This document shows, in pieces, positions 17,829-29,085 of a DNA stretch of 64,000 bases. How positions within the stretch are numbered: position 1 is the first letter of the stretch; each line of letters starts with the position of its first letter. This DNA comes from an uncultured bacterium (GTDB lineage Bacteria > Babelota > Babeliae > Babelales > Babelaceae): NCBI GenBank assembly GCA_963722385.1, contig CAVRKK010000002.1, positions 640,001-704,000 on the forward strand, given 5' to 3'. The notes beneath the pieces are model-generated. The model was not told the origin of the DNA. It worked only from the letters and a program-made list of their open reading frames with translations, and did not search any database. A program made the position numbers and the translations under genes.

Positions 17829-19289
17829 ATGAAAGCAATTCTTATCGCTCGCGTAAGCACGGAGGAGCAAAGGGAAGCCGGCAATTCTTTACCAGCACAA
17901 GTAGCACGTCTAGAAAAATATTGTTTGAGCAAGGGCTTTACTATTTGGAAGACCTATAGTTTTGACGAAAGTGCCTATAAAGCACAGCGTAGCGAGTTTG
18001 ATGCGATCTTGGACATGATTAATAGCCAAAAAGAGAAAATTGTTGTGTGCTGCGATAAAGTAGATCGGCTCACGCGCAATATCTTTGATAAGCGCGTATC
18101 GCTTCTCTATGAGAAAGCGTTAAACGACCAAGCTGAGCTACATTTTGTTTCTGAAGGACAGATCATAAATAGCTCTATTTCTGCGGCCACAAAATTTCAG
18201 TTTAGCATCAGTCTCGGGCTTGCAAAATATTACTCAGATGCGATTAGCGATAACGTTAAGCGAGCTACCGAGCAAAAGCTGCGTAAGGGCGAATGGATAT
18301 CTAAGGCTCCCCATGGATACGATTACGTAACATTATCTGATGGCAAAAAAGACCTCAAAATAGTAGAGCACGAGGCATACCTGGTTAAGAAGGCTTTTGA
18401 GCTTTATGCTACCGGCGCTTTTTCTCTCAATCTCTTGCTCAAAAGATTAAAGGAAGACTTTGGTGTTGTCTGGAACAAGAGCTTTCTGGGCAAGCTTTTT
18501 ATAAACCCCTTTTATTACGGCATAATGGAGATTAAAGGCAAGCAATATCCCCATAAGTACCCACCACTTATAACTAAATCACTCTATGACCAAGTACAGA
18601 AAACAAAAAGCAACTTTAATAAGCGGAAAAAGTTCAAGTATGCTGGCCTGCCTTATATTTATCGAGGGTTGCTTCGCTGTGGCGATTGCGGACTCGCCAT
18701 AACCCCAGAGAAGCACAAGGGCTTTGTTTATTACCATTGTACCCAATATTATGGCAAGCATGATGCTACCTGGTTTCGGGAAGAAAAGATAACCGAGCTA
18801 TTAGGAAGCGTATTTAAGCGCTTACAAATGTCTGACAATATCACAAACCAGATTAGTGAAGCTCTTTCTACGGATCATGCCAATAAAGCTAATTTTACTG
18901 AAAAAAGGCGTTCTGAGCTTACGACAGAGCATAAAAAATTAACCACAATGCTCGATAATCTCTACCTTGATAAACTACAAGGGAGTATTACTGAGCGCGA
19001 TTATGACAGATTTTACAGCCGACTCCGCGACCAACTCATTGAAGTTGAGTCCCATCTTGGCCAGTTAGAAGATGCAGATGAAACTTATTATAAAACTGCA
19101 AAGTGCTTACTGAAGCTCATATCCAAAGCCCACCAACTCTTTTTAAATTCGGAAATGGAAGAACGACGGTTACTTATCAAGCTCGTACTTTCGAACTTGA
19201 GGATAGAAGGAGAAAAGGTGCTCTACGACGCTAATAAGCCATTTGATTTGATCATAAATAATGAGGATCGTGTACTTTGGCGTCCCTAA
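17829..19289 (+). CDS. Large serine recombinase (integrase) with zinc ribbon and coiled coil
   Basis: ARVSTEEQ catalytic Ser motif, DKVDRLTR, APHGY, NPFYYG, LRCGDCG...YYHC; last codons overlap the tRNA-Glu 3' end. Confidence 0.95.
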   Translation: MKAILIARVSTEEQREAGNSLPAQVARLEKYCLSKGFTIWKTYSFDESAYKAQRSEFDAILDMINSQKEKIVVCCDKVDRLTRNIFDKRVSLLYEKALNDQAELHFVSEGQIINSSISAATKFQFSISLGLAKYYSDAISDNVKRATEQKLRKGEWISKAPHGYDYVTLSDGKKDLKIVEHEAYLVKKAFELYATGAFSLNLLLKRLKEDFGVVWNKSFLGKLFINPFYYGIMEIKGKQYPHKYPPLITKSLYDQVQKTKSNFNKRKKFKYAGLPYIYRGLLRCGDCGLAITPEKHKGFVYYHCTQYYGKHDATWFREEKITELLGSVFKRLQMSDNITNQISEALSTDHANKANFTEKRRSELTTEHKKLTTMLDNLYLDKLQGSITERDYDRFYSRLRDQLIEVESHLGQLEDADETYYKTAKCLLKLISKAHQLFLNSEMEERRLLIKLVLSNLRIEGEKVLYDANKPFDLIINNEDRVLWRP

Positions 19290-19355
19290 GGGGATTTGAA
19301 CCCCTGTTTTCGCCGTGAAAGGGCGATGTCCTGGACCGGGCTAGACGATAGGGAC
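19278..19355 (-). tRNA. tRNA-Glu(TTC)
   Basis: Reverse complement GTCCCTATCGTCTAG...CTTTCAC...GGTTCAAATCCCCTTAGGGACGCCA folds as a cloverleaf with encoded CCA. Confidence 0.97.
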
Positions 19356-19363
19356 TTAAATTT

Positions 19364-19439
19364 TGGTGAGCCGCGTTGGATTCGAACCAACGACCCACAG
19401 CTTAAAAGGCTGTTGCTCTGCCAACTGAGCTAGCGGCTC
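19364..19439 (-). tRNA. tRNA-Lys(TTT)
   Basis: Reverse complement GAGCCGCTAGCTCAGTTGG...CTTTTAA...GGTTCGAATCCAACGCGGCTCACCA. Confidence 0.97.
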
Positions 19440-19492
19440 GCTTTCAAGCTGTGTCAAAGAGTATGCTTATCTCCTAAAGAGACTATAGCTAA

Positions 19493-19520
19493 AGTATAGC
19501 CCTCTAGTACTTTTTGTCAA
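19493..19520 (-). promoter_or_regulatory. Sigma70-type promoter of the tRNA-Lys/Glu operon
   Basis: TTGACA-16 bp-TATACT on the minus strand, ~55 bp upstream of tRNA-Lys. Confidence 0.75.
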
Positions 19521-19829
19521 TATATCTTCCGTGTAACGCGATAATAGCTCCAAGTTGCGTGCGAGACGCTTGCGGCCGAGCTTCTCTTTCCTTTCACAAA
19601 TTCTCTTTCAGACCGCTCGCTACGGCCAGCTGGTGTTTTTTGGGCTTTGGCGCTATTTCTTGAGCGGTATTGGTAAAGCTGGCCCAAAACAGCGCAAGAC
19701 AAAGTTGGTATTTGGAAACCATAGTGCCTCTCCCTTTTTAATAATGTGCCTCAAATATTCCTGCAGATTAGCCAATTTAACCAGATGTTATCGAAAGAAT
19801 TGGGCAAGCGGGGATCCCTTTCTTGCTTG

Positions 19830-20792
19830 TTACCCTAGGACATCCTTATGCATTTCAGATGGCTGACTCAAGTTAACCGGTACTGAGGTGCTATTGGCGA
19901 GCGAGGGATAGCCCATCTTTTGTCGTAATGCAGGAATAAACCTATCAATATATCGCTCAGTATCCTCAATGTCGTTGCCTAATTGTGCCCACCAGGCAAT
20001 TGCTTCAGGCGAGAGCTTGGCGTTCATGTTCTTTTGTTTTCTCCAAAGCTTTGTTTGATAAAAGTAGTCAACGCTTCTATTAATATAATGGTTGAGCCTC
20101 AACTCGTCCTTTCCCACTTTAACGCCTGGCTTTCCATTCGTGTAGACACATTGATGGCATGGCCATGAAAACTTCTCAAAGAGCTCTGGTTTAAGAATAG
20201 TTTTGAAAACATCAGTATTCATGCGGTTATCAGGCAAGGCAACCATATGCAGCGCCTCTATCATCAAGGTATCAACGGGAAGTTTTTGAATATTAGCAGT
20301 TCCGTAGATATGCCAATATACGTGCACACCAGGTGCTTCATCGTAAGCGGCTAAAACTTCTTGAACGGAGGCAGCTTTTGTTGGAACAAGATACTCATCA
20401 ATATCAATAAACCCAAGCCATTTCGCCTCTTGGCGAGCAGTCTCGCATGCGTGCTGATAGGCGGCTGCCTGCGTATATGTCGAAAAGGGGTATAGCGAGG
20501 TTGAATCAGGAGGTACGCGGGTAGGCCAATCGACAAGCGTAATAATCCCTTGGTCAATATAAGGGGTAAGTATTGTCATGAAGTCATCAGTGCTTATATT
20601 ATTATAAAGGTAGAAGTGCTCTACGCCGACCACAAGATGATACTCGATCCATAGCTTAAGATAAAGCGCTTCGTCCTTAAAAATGCTTGCGACGGCCAAT
20701 TGGTACTTTTTAGGCTGCGCTACCGTTTCTTCAGAAGAATTGATAAAGCCAGCCCAAAAGAATGCAAGGCAAATCGCGTATTTGGAAATCAT
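19830..20792 (-). CDS. Glycosyltransferase family 92-like protein with signal peptide
   Basis: IFKDEALYLKLWIEYH...GVEHFYLYNN, WLGFIDIDEY (DxD), LNHY. Confidence 0.82.
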   Translation of the reverse strand: MISKYAICLAFFWAGFINSSEETVAQPKKYQLAVASIFKDEALYLKLWIEYHLVVGVEHFYLYNNISTDDFMTILTPYIDQGIITLVDWPTRVPPDSTSLYPFSTYTQAAAYQHACETARQEAKWLGFIDIDEYLVPTKAASVQEVLAAYDEAPGVHVYWHIYGTANIQKLPVDTLMIEALHMVALPDNRMNTDVFKTILKPELFEKFSWPCHQCVYTNGKPGVKVGKDELRLNHYINRSVDYFYQTKLWRKQKNMNAKLSPEAIAWWAQLGNDIEDTERYIDRFIPALRQKMGYPSLANSTSVPVNLSQPSEMHKDVLG

Positions 20793-20871
20793 AATGCTCT
20801 CCCCTTTATATAGTGAGCTTGACGCAAAGTATTCTGGAAACTTACGGTTACCATTCCTATATACTTATTGA

Positions 20872-22711
<1,840 letters not shown>

Positions 22712-22715
<4 letters not shown>

Positions 22716-24307
22716 CTAAAAAAGCGCTGGGCCACATTCTCGGTGGGTCGTTGAGCGAAGGTTTTGCGATGCGGATTAGTCCGCACGTTGACATGGAAGA
22801 ACTTAAGACGGGAAAATTTGTTGCTATTGAAACGCCAGAAGGCAAATTTTTTTCGCTTATTACCGATCTTAAGCTTGAAGTGAGTAACCCTGATATTTTG
22901 CTGTTTCCTCCGCAAGAAAGCGAAAAGCTCTTAAAGAATTTTTTACCACTCAAAGATATCTACGCAACAGCGTCATTGCGACCACTCTTGTCCCTTAATA
23001 ATCATAAAAAGCCAGCACCGGTCAAGACTATTCCGCGCCATTTTGCGCCAGTACATGAGGTAGATAGTGCAGACGTAGCGCTTATTTTTGGCGATGAGCA
23101 TGAGGCGAATCGTCGCTACTTTAATATCGGCAATCCGCTTGATATGGAGGCACCTGTCTGTATTAATTTAGAAAAATTGACGGAGCGGAGCACGGGTGTT
23201 TTCGGAAAAACGGGCACGGGCAAAACATTTATAACGCGGCTTTTGTTGGCTGGGCTTATCCATAATGATAAAGCAGTGACGCTTATTTTTGATATGCACA
23301 GCGAGTATGGCCTACAGGCGCGCAAAGAGTCATCGACTGAGTCGTTTGTCAAAGGATTGAAAACACTTTTTGGCAGCAAGATAGCGCTCTTTTCGCTCGA
23401 CCCTGCCTCAACCAGGAGACGCGGCGGATCGCCTGATGTGGTATTGACGCTCAGTTACCAATCGGTAGCGGTCGAAGATATTATCGCGCTCCAGGACGAG
23501 CTTAACTTGCATCCTACAGCCTGCGAAGCCGCCCATTTGATAGCTGCTAAATATAAGCGCGACTGGCTTGCTATTTTATTGAGCCAGGGCGATCGGTTAA
23601 AGGAATTCGCTCAAGAGGTCGGCGGTCATCCCGAGTCAATCGCTGCCTTATATAGAAAATTACGGCACGTAGAGCGTTTGCCTTTCTTTACTCCTGATGC
23701 GAAAGACGACGTTTTTGAGACCATGCTTGAGTATATTAGTAAAGGCATTTCTATAATCATAGAGTTTGGTAACTTCACGTCGACTTTTTGCTATCTTTTG
23801 CTTGCCAACATTATAACCCGGCGGATACATACCCTTTATACCCAAAAGACGGAAAAATTTCTGGGCTCACATGCGCCCCAGGATGAGCCAAAAAAGCTGA
23901 TGATTGTTATTGAAGAAGCGCACAAGTTTCTAAACCCGACTGCCGCGCGCCAAACAATTTTCTCTATTATTGCGCGCGAAATGCGCAAATATTACGTGTC
24001 TCTGTTAATTGTTGACCAACGGCCTTCTGGTATAGATGCTGAAGTTCTTTCGCAGCTCGGTACCAAAATTATTGCACAGCTTAATGACGACCGTGACATT
24101 CAGGCGGTATTAACAGGCGTTAGCAATGCTTCGCAATTACGGGCGGTTTTGGCCTCACTGGAAAGCAAAAAGCAAGCGCTTGTTTTGGGGCACGCTTTGG
24201 CGATGCCCATTGTTATTGAGACACGCGCCTATGATGAAGAATTTTATAAAGCACTGACGGTCTATGAGCACCGAAGCGTGAATCACCTTATCAACGAGCT
24301 TTTTTAA
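22712..24307 (+). CDS. HerA-like (DUF87) ATPase/helicase
   Basis: HAS-barrel-like N-terminus, GVFGKTGTGKT, IFDMHSEYG, VIEEAHKF, AREMRKY, VDQRPS. Confidence 0.85.
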
Positions 24308-24318
24308 GTAGGAACTTT

Positions 24319-25095
24319 ATGGATCTAAAACATCGCCTCATGACAACGACTATTAAGGCACCGTGTTTTTATTATTCGTATGCTGATATACACCATACGC
24401 TTAAGCCTGATGCTGCGGAATTGATCAAGCAAGCCGAGAAGTATATTGAGCAGCAAGCGATACCACAAGCAACTGAGTGTTACAAGAAAGCACTTGAGAA
24501 AAATGGGAGCTCGCCCTTTTTGACGCTCAATTACGGTACCATCTTAGCTGAGCAAGGATTGGTTAATGAAGGAATCGAGGAATTGCGATCGATTGCTGAT
24601 CAAAATCAGGTTGGCAGCAGTGCTGCGTGTTATAACATTGGTACCGTTCTTCTGGGTCACCGAATGCTTAAGCCAGCACTAGAGTACCTCGAAAAGGCCT
24701 ATGAGCTTGATCCTCGCAATGTAAACATTAGTAATAATTTGGGGCTTGCCTCACTCTATGCTAAGCACGAGGATAAGGCGCGTTATTATTTTTTGAAGAC
24801 GCTCGACGAGCGTCCCGATTATGAATACGGAGCCCACAACCTTGGTTGCATTGCCTATGAGCATGATGATTTTGTAAAAGCTATTGAGTGGTTTGAAAAG
24901 GCGCGCACTATTAACCCTGCTAATTTTGCTACGCTCAACAATTTAGCATGTGCGCTGTTTCTTAATGACCAAGCAAAACAAGCACTGCCGCTGCTCTACG
25001 AGTGCATCAAAAATAATCCGTATTATCGCATGCCATATTACAATCTTGGCTTTATAGTTTATGAGAAGAAGTTGCTTGATATTGCCCAGGCTTGA
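24319..25095 (+). CDS. Tetratricopeptide repeat protein
   Basis: Repeated YNIG/NNLG/HNLG...A..LDP TPR pattern. Confidence 0.9.
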   Translation: MDLKHRLMTTTIKAPCFYYSYADIHHTLKPDAAELIKQAEKYIEQQAIPQATECYKKALEKNGSSPFLTLNYGTILAEQGLVNEGIEELRSIADQNQVGSSAACYNIGTVLLGHRMLKPALEYLEKAYELDPRNVNISNNLGLASLYAKHEDKARYYFLKTLDERPDYEYGAHNLGCIAYEHDDFVKAIEWFEKARTINPANFATLNNLACALFLNDQAKQALPLLYECIKNNPYYRMPYYNLGFIVYEKKLLDIAQA

Positions 25096-25120
25096 CAATG
25101 CGGGAAAGGGTTGTTACGCT
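25092..25120 (+). promoter_or_regulatory. Near-consensus sigma70 promoter
   Basis: TTGACA-17 bp-TACGCT with an extended -10 TG. Confidence 0.6.
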
Positions 25121-25125
25121 CAGGT

Positions 25126-25243
25126 GTGTCAGGTATTGAGCATGCTAGCAAAGATTATTGTAGTGTCCCTAAAGAACAATACGTAAAGTATTGTTCACCC
25201 CCTAACCCTTCAGCTTGATTAAGTTGAAGGGCTTTTTATTTTT
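25126..25243 (+). ncRNA. Candidate small RNA (~115 nt) or small-peptide transcript
   Basis: Lies between the promoter at 25092 and the terminator at 25206; internal hairpin GAACAATAC-GTAAA-GTATTGTTC. Confidence 0.45.
25206..25243 (+). terminator. Rho-independent terminator
   Basis: CCCTTCAGCTT-GATT-AAGTTGAAGGG stem followed by CTTTTTATTTTT. Confidence 0.75.
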
Positions 25244-25440
25244 GACGATTTAATTTCGACGGTGTTCTCATCATTGCTGTAGGCGCAGACCTCGAGGTCA
25301 AGGTCATGAAGGATTGCGGTAACTAGAAGTTCGTCTGGCAACGTATATCCGAAGCTAAAAGGGTTACGTGCTTTTTGGCTGGCAGCCTGCACTGTCATTG
25401 ATGCTAAAAGCGCACCAAACAAAATAAGCAAATTTAGCAT
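25219..25440 (-). CDS. Small exported protein (PilP-like position)
   Basis: Signal peptide then RNPF motif; directly downstream of a PilO-like gene. Confidence 0.45.
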   Translation of the reverse strand: MLNLLILFGALLASMTVQAASQKARNPFSFGYTLPDELLVTAILHDLDLEVCAYSNDENTVEIKSSKIKSPST

Positions 25441-25988
25441 ATTGAACCTTTCTCGCCTATAACATCGATAGGGGCGTCATAGGTAAGGTGGAAAGTGGCC
25501 TCAAGCAAAGTGTCATGCTGCCGAATTATCGAGCATGCTTCAAGGGCAAGCGGGTGTACTGATTGATTGAGCTGAGTAATAAATTTGAGCAATGTTGGAA
25601 AATCGCCGTGCACACTGATTTCGATACTTGGGGCTGGTTCAGGAAGCATCCCACATTTCTCAACAATCAAGCCTACCTGTGTAGCTTTTTGCATCACCCA
25701 TGCAAAGGGAGAAAAATCTGGTGAAGGCTTGCCCGTCAGCTTTTCTAAATTTGCCGTAAGTGTCTGAACGTCATGCTCGTAAAAGCTTGAGTCAAGGTGA
25801 ATGCTCTTTGCATGATTCAGTACAGTAATAAGCGGCTTGAGTCTATATGACCACCAAAACGTTGTTATCGCAATCAGGAGTACAGCTGTCATGGCATAAC
25901 GGCGTGTCGGCGACCATGCCATAACCTCGTAAAAAGCTTGTGAAAAAAAGCGCATACACTTACCTGTTAGAAACCGAGCTTGGTCCAC
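25434..25988 (-). CDS. PilO/GspM-like inner-membrane pilus platform protein
   Basis: Single transmembrane helix, coiled coil, IEISVHGDFPTLLKFITQL ferredoxin-like motif. Confidence 0.6.
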   Translation of the reverse strand: MDQARFLTGKCMRFFSQAFYEVMAWSPTRRYAMTAVLLIAITTFWWSYRLKPLITVLNHAKSIHLDSSFYEHDVQTLTANLEKLTGKPSPDFSPFAWVMQKATQVGLIVEKCGMLPEPAPSIEISVHGDFPTLLKFITQLNQSVHPLALEACSIIRQHDTLLEATFHLTYDAPIDVIGEKGSIC

Positions 25989-27190
25989 TCCATGGGGTCA
26001 ACCTGCATATTATCACCTATACGGATTTCCCAGTGAAGGTGATAACCACTGGCATAACCAGTTTTACCGAGCTTACCAATTGGGTTGCCCTTTTCAACCA
26101 TATCACCCACTTCGAGCGGAGCAAAAGAATCGAGATGAAAGAAGAGCGATAGAACGCCACAGCCATGATCGAGGACAACGGTATTGCCACTGTGAGCGTA
26201 GCGCTCCTTTATAACAACTTTGCCATTTTGTGGTGCCCATATCACGGATCGTGGAACGCCAAGAAGATCGACAGCGTTGTGGCGATACTTGCCGCGGTCC
26301 TGGGTAAGGCGCATGGTGCCATATTCGGTGGAGATGCCGCGCATTTCTAGAGGTATGTCAAAAGGACCACGCCATAATTTACGCGAGATTGAATTGCGAG
26401 AGGCTTCTTCAAGGTCTTTTTCGAGCTCTCTTTCTGAAAGACCTTGTTCAATCTCTTCTTTTATTTTATCAGGGTTTATGGTGAGTACTTGCTTTTTGAA
26501 TGGGTACATAACGACATGGAATTTATTTTCAAGCACGGCGCGATTGCCAACGTAATCGCTTAACGCAATACGTAATAGGTGTTCATTAGGTGCTTCCTCG
26601 CAGCTGATAGGGAAAAAGCATTCATAAATAAGCGAGCCATCAGATTCTGGGTAGCAGGGGTACTTTTTAGACAGGGCTTCAATGGTGGCATCTTTAAGCT
26701 CTTTATTAACTTGGAACTGTATATGTAATGTCCTGCCTTGAAATACCCGGCAATTGTTATCGGCTTTTACAAAAGCAGCTTGTAGCGGTGCGTTATCGAT
26801 GTAAAAGTTAATTTCTTTAACGGTTTCGTTTTTGTTGCGGGAGCCATCGACGGCGCTTATTTTGAGCGTATGCTTGCCCGGTGTTAATGAGCTTGTTGTA
26901 ATGGTAAAGCCGTAGTCAAACACCTTGCGGTTTATTTTATAGTGATTTATTAACGGTTTGTCATCGAGCCAAATCGAGATATCGGCCACCGTATTCTTGT
27001 CTTTTCCTGTTATGGTACAAGCGATATCGCCGGCGTAATAGCATTGGTCTTCGATGCCTGTCAAGTTTATCTCGGGAGGATAGGTATCAAGCGCTGATCG
27101 CGCGTAATAAATGCCACCTGCCGTGAGAACGAAAATAATGGGTAAAAAAATAAACGTGCGGAGTCGCGCTGTCATGACCGCCTCTTTCAA
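25967..27190 (-). CDS. M23 family metallopeptidase with N-terminal Ig-like domain
   Basis: HNAVD, GNTVVLDHG, GKTGYASGYHLHWE, VDP. Confidence 0.92.
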   Translation of the reverse strand: MKEAVMTARLRTFIFLPIIFVLTAGGIYYARSALDTYPPEINLTGIEDQCYYAGDIACTITGKDKNTVADISIWLDDKPLINHYKINRKVFDYGFTITTSSLTPGKHTLKISAVDGSRNKNETVKEINFYIDNAPLQAAFVKADNNCRVFQGRTLHIQFQVNKELKDATIEALSKKYPCYPESDGSLIYECFFPISCEEAPNEHLLRIALSDYVGNRAVLENKFHVVMYPFKKQVLTINPDKIKEEIEQGLSERELEKDLEEASRNSISRKLWRGPFDIPLEMRGISTEYGTMRLTQDRGKYRHNAVDLLGVPRSVIWAPQNGKVVIKERYAHSGNTVVLDHGCGVLSLFFHLDSFAPLEVGDMVEKGNPIGKLGKTGYASGYHLHWEIRIGDNMQVDPMEWTKLGF

Positions 27191-27422
27191 ACCAAGTCAG
27201 ATAAATACATATCAATAATAGCGTTTTTTAGGCATAACGCAACCGAAATTAAGTTGTCTACGAAGGCGACTCTGGCTCATAAGGTATGTCGCGGTTTGAT
27301 AAATCTGTGAGTCATGTATAAGATTTGTCAAGCTCAACTGCGCGATTCTGACAACCTGTCAATATTTTGCTAGACTATAGAGTAATTATCTCGAATTTTA
27401 GTTGCTTAGGATGGGGATAGCT

Positions 27423-28676
27423 ATGCTTGAGTTATACCATGATGATCCGCTTATAGCCCAGCTTATTAATGCTGAAGAGCAGCGCCAGGAAGCCGAAATT
27501 AATCTTATAGCATCGGAAAACTATGCTCCAGCGAGCATAAGGGAGCTGATGGCTTCGGTACTCACCAATAAGTATGCCGAGGGGTATCCTGGCAAGCGGT
27601 ATTATGCAGGTTGTAATATTGTCGATGAAGTCGAAGCTTTGGCCATTGAGCGTTGCAAGAAGCTCTTTGATGCCGAGCATGCTAATGTGCAGCCCCATTC
27701 GGGCACGCAGGCCAACATGGCATTATATGCCGCTTTGCTCAAGCCTGGTGACATTATCATGGGCATGGATCTTGCTTCCGGCGGTCATCTTACGCATGGG
27801 CATTTAGTTAATTTTTCTGGCATTTTATATAAAAGCGTATCGTACCATGTTGACCAACATACGGAGCTTCTTGATTACGAGGCGATTAGCCGGCTTGCTG
27901 AGCAGCACAAGCCTAAATTAATTATAGCTGGTGCTTCTGCGTATTCGCGTATTATCGAGTTTGACAAGTTCGCAGCGATAGCGCAAAGTATTGGCGCGTT
28001 TTTTGTTGCTGATATTGCGCATATTGCTGGGCTCGTTGCGGCAAGATTACATCCAAGCCCTATTGGCTGTGCTGATATAGTCTCTGGCACCACCCATAAA
28101 ACACTGCGAGGGCCGCGTGGCGGGTTTCTTTTGAGCAAGGCGTTTTATAAAGAGCGCCTAGATCGCAGCGTAATTCCTGGCATTCAAGGGGGCCCGCTTA
28201 TGCATGTTATTGCTGCTAAAGCGGCGGCGTTTCAGGTTGCCAGTAATCCTGATTTTATTGCTTATCAACAGCAAGTAGTTTCCAATGCGAGGTTGATGGC
28301 CGACGTATTACAAGGCAGGGGCTATCGTATTGTTTCAGGTGGTACTGATAATCATCTCTTCGTGCTCGATCTGCGCAATCGCGGGCTAACCGGCCTTCAA
28401 GCGGAGCAGTTGCTTGGTCAAGCGGGTATTACGGTTAGTCGCAGTTGTATACCCTTTGACTCGGAGCGGCCGTGGGTAACAAGCGGTATTCGTTTAGGCA
28501 CCGCTGCGGTTACTACCCGTGGCTTTGGGCCCGAGCAGGTGGGCATTATTGCTGAGTGGGTGGATGAGGTGCTGAGCCAGCCCGGCAATGAGGTGCTTAG
28601 GCAACGTGTGCGTGAAAAGAGCAAACAGCTTTGTGCTGCTTTTCCTGTATATCGGGATCGAGCGCGGGTAAGGTGA
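27423..28676 (+). CDS. glyA: Serine hydroxymethyltransferase
   Basis: LIASEN, NKYAEGYPGKRYY, GGHLTHG, TTHKTLRGPRGG, SGGTDNH. Confidence 0.98.
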   Translation: MLELYHDDPLIAQLINAEEQRQEAEINLIASENYAPASIRELMASVLTNKYAEGYPGKRYYAGCNIVDEVEALAIERCKKLFDAEHANVQPHSGTQANMALYAALLKPGDIIMGMDLASGGHLTHGHLVNFSGILYKSVSYHVDQHTELLDYEAISRLAEQHKPKLIIAGASAYSRIIEFDKFAAIAQSIGAFFVADIAHIAGLVAARLHPSPIGCADIVSGTTHKTLRGPRGGFLLSKAFYKERLDRSVIPGIQGGPLMHVIAAKAAAFQVASNPDFIAYQQQVVSNARLMADVLQGRGYRIVSGGTDNHLFVLDLRNRGLTGLQAEQLLGQAGITVSRSCIPFDSERPWVTSGIRLGTAAVTTRGFGPEQVGIIAEWVDEVLSQPGNEVLRQRVREKSKQLCAAFPVYRDRARVR

Positions 28677-28678
28677 AT

Positions 28679-29012
28679 ATCGCCTCCGCGGCTAGCGCGA
28701 CTACGCGTCGAGCGGCAGGGCGGCGGCCCTGCACCCGTTGCCTAATTTATTTTTCTCTACATGCCTGTCTTTTATATTTCTTTCCATGCTATAAGCATGC
28801 GTGGCGCATGCTTATAGCTATCGCAATTCTCCTAACGGAGAATAGAAAAATATGGGTTTTTTATCATGGAGCGTAGCGCACATGATAAATGGCGTAAGTT
28901 ATCGTACGCTTTGGCGTACGATAACTACTCACCAAGCCTATAAGCACTAAGCATAAACGCTATGGGGATTGTTAAGGGACGATGTCCCTTAACCGCTAGC
29001 CGCGCAGGCGAT
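28679..29012 (+). repeat. Intergenic hairpin repeat family, copy 2 (complete, type 1)
   Basis: Terminal inverted repeats ATCGCCTCCGCGGCTAGCG...CGCTAGCCGCGCAGGCGAT and at least six internal hairpins; the right end is partly duplicated at ~29057-29073. Confidence 0.9.
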
Positions 29013-29085
29013 TAGATTCAATTTGCTGCATTAGTGTGCCTGACTTTACTGGCTTACGCAGGCGATTAGATTCGTTGCTCTTAAG

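Larger units (their letters stand above)
7392..19284. mobile_element. Integrative element / genomic island inserted at the tRNA-Glu 3' end
   Basis: 9-bp direct repeat TTTGGCGTC at 7392-7400 and 19276-19284 (the latter overlaps the tRNA CCA end); contains a serine recombinase, Rep, TA modules and visibly AT-rich stretches. Confidence 0.8.

Noticed and set aside
7392..19284. Prophage
   Set aside because: No capsid, terminase, portal, tail or inovirus Zot/coat genes are recognisable; called an integrative element instead.
19517..19866. ORFs 19517-19702 and 19555-19866
   Set aside because: Non-ATG starts, no RBS or recognisable motifs; they occupy the region upstream of the tRNA promoter.
28631..28876. 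Short ORFs with ASAASATTRRAAGRRPCT-like text (also 44770-44976, 52154-52439, 59046-59575, 61126-61356, 61646-61843, 6823-7047)
   Set aside because: They are translations of the non-coding repeat element; frames and starts are not conserved among copies.
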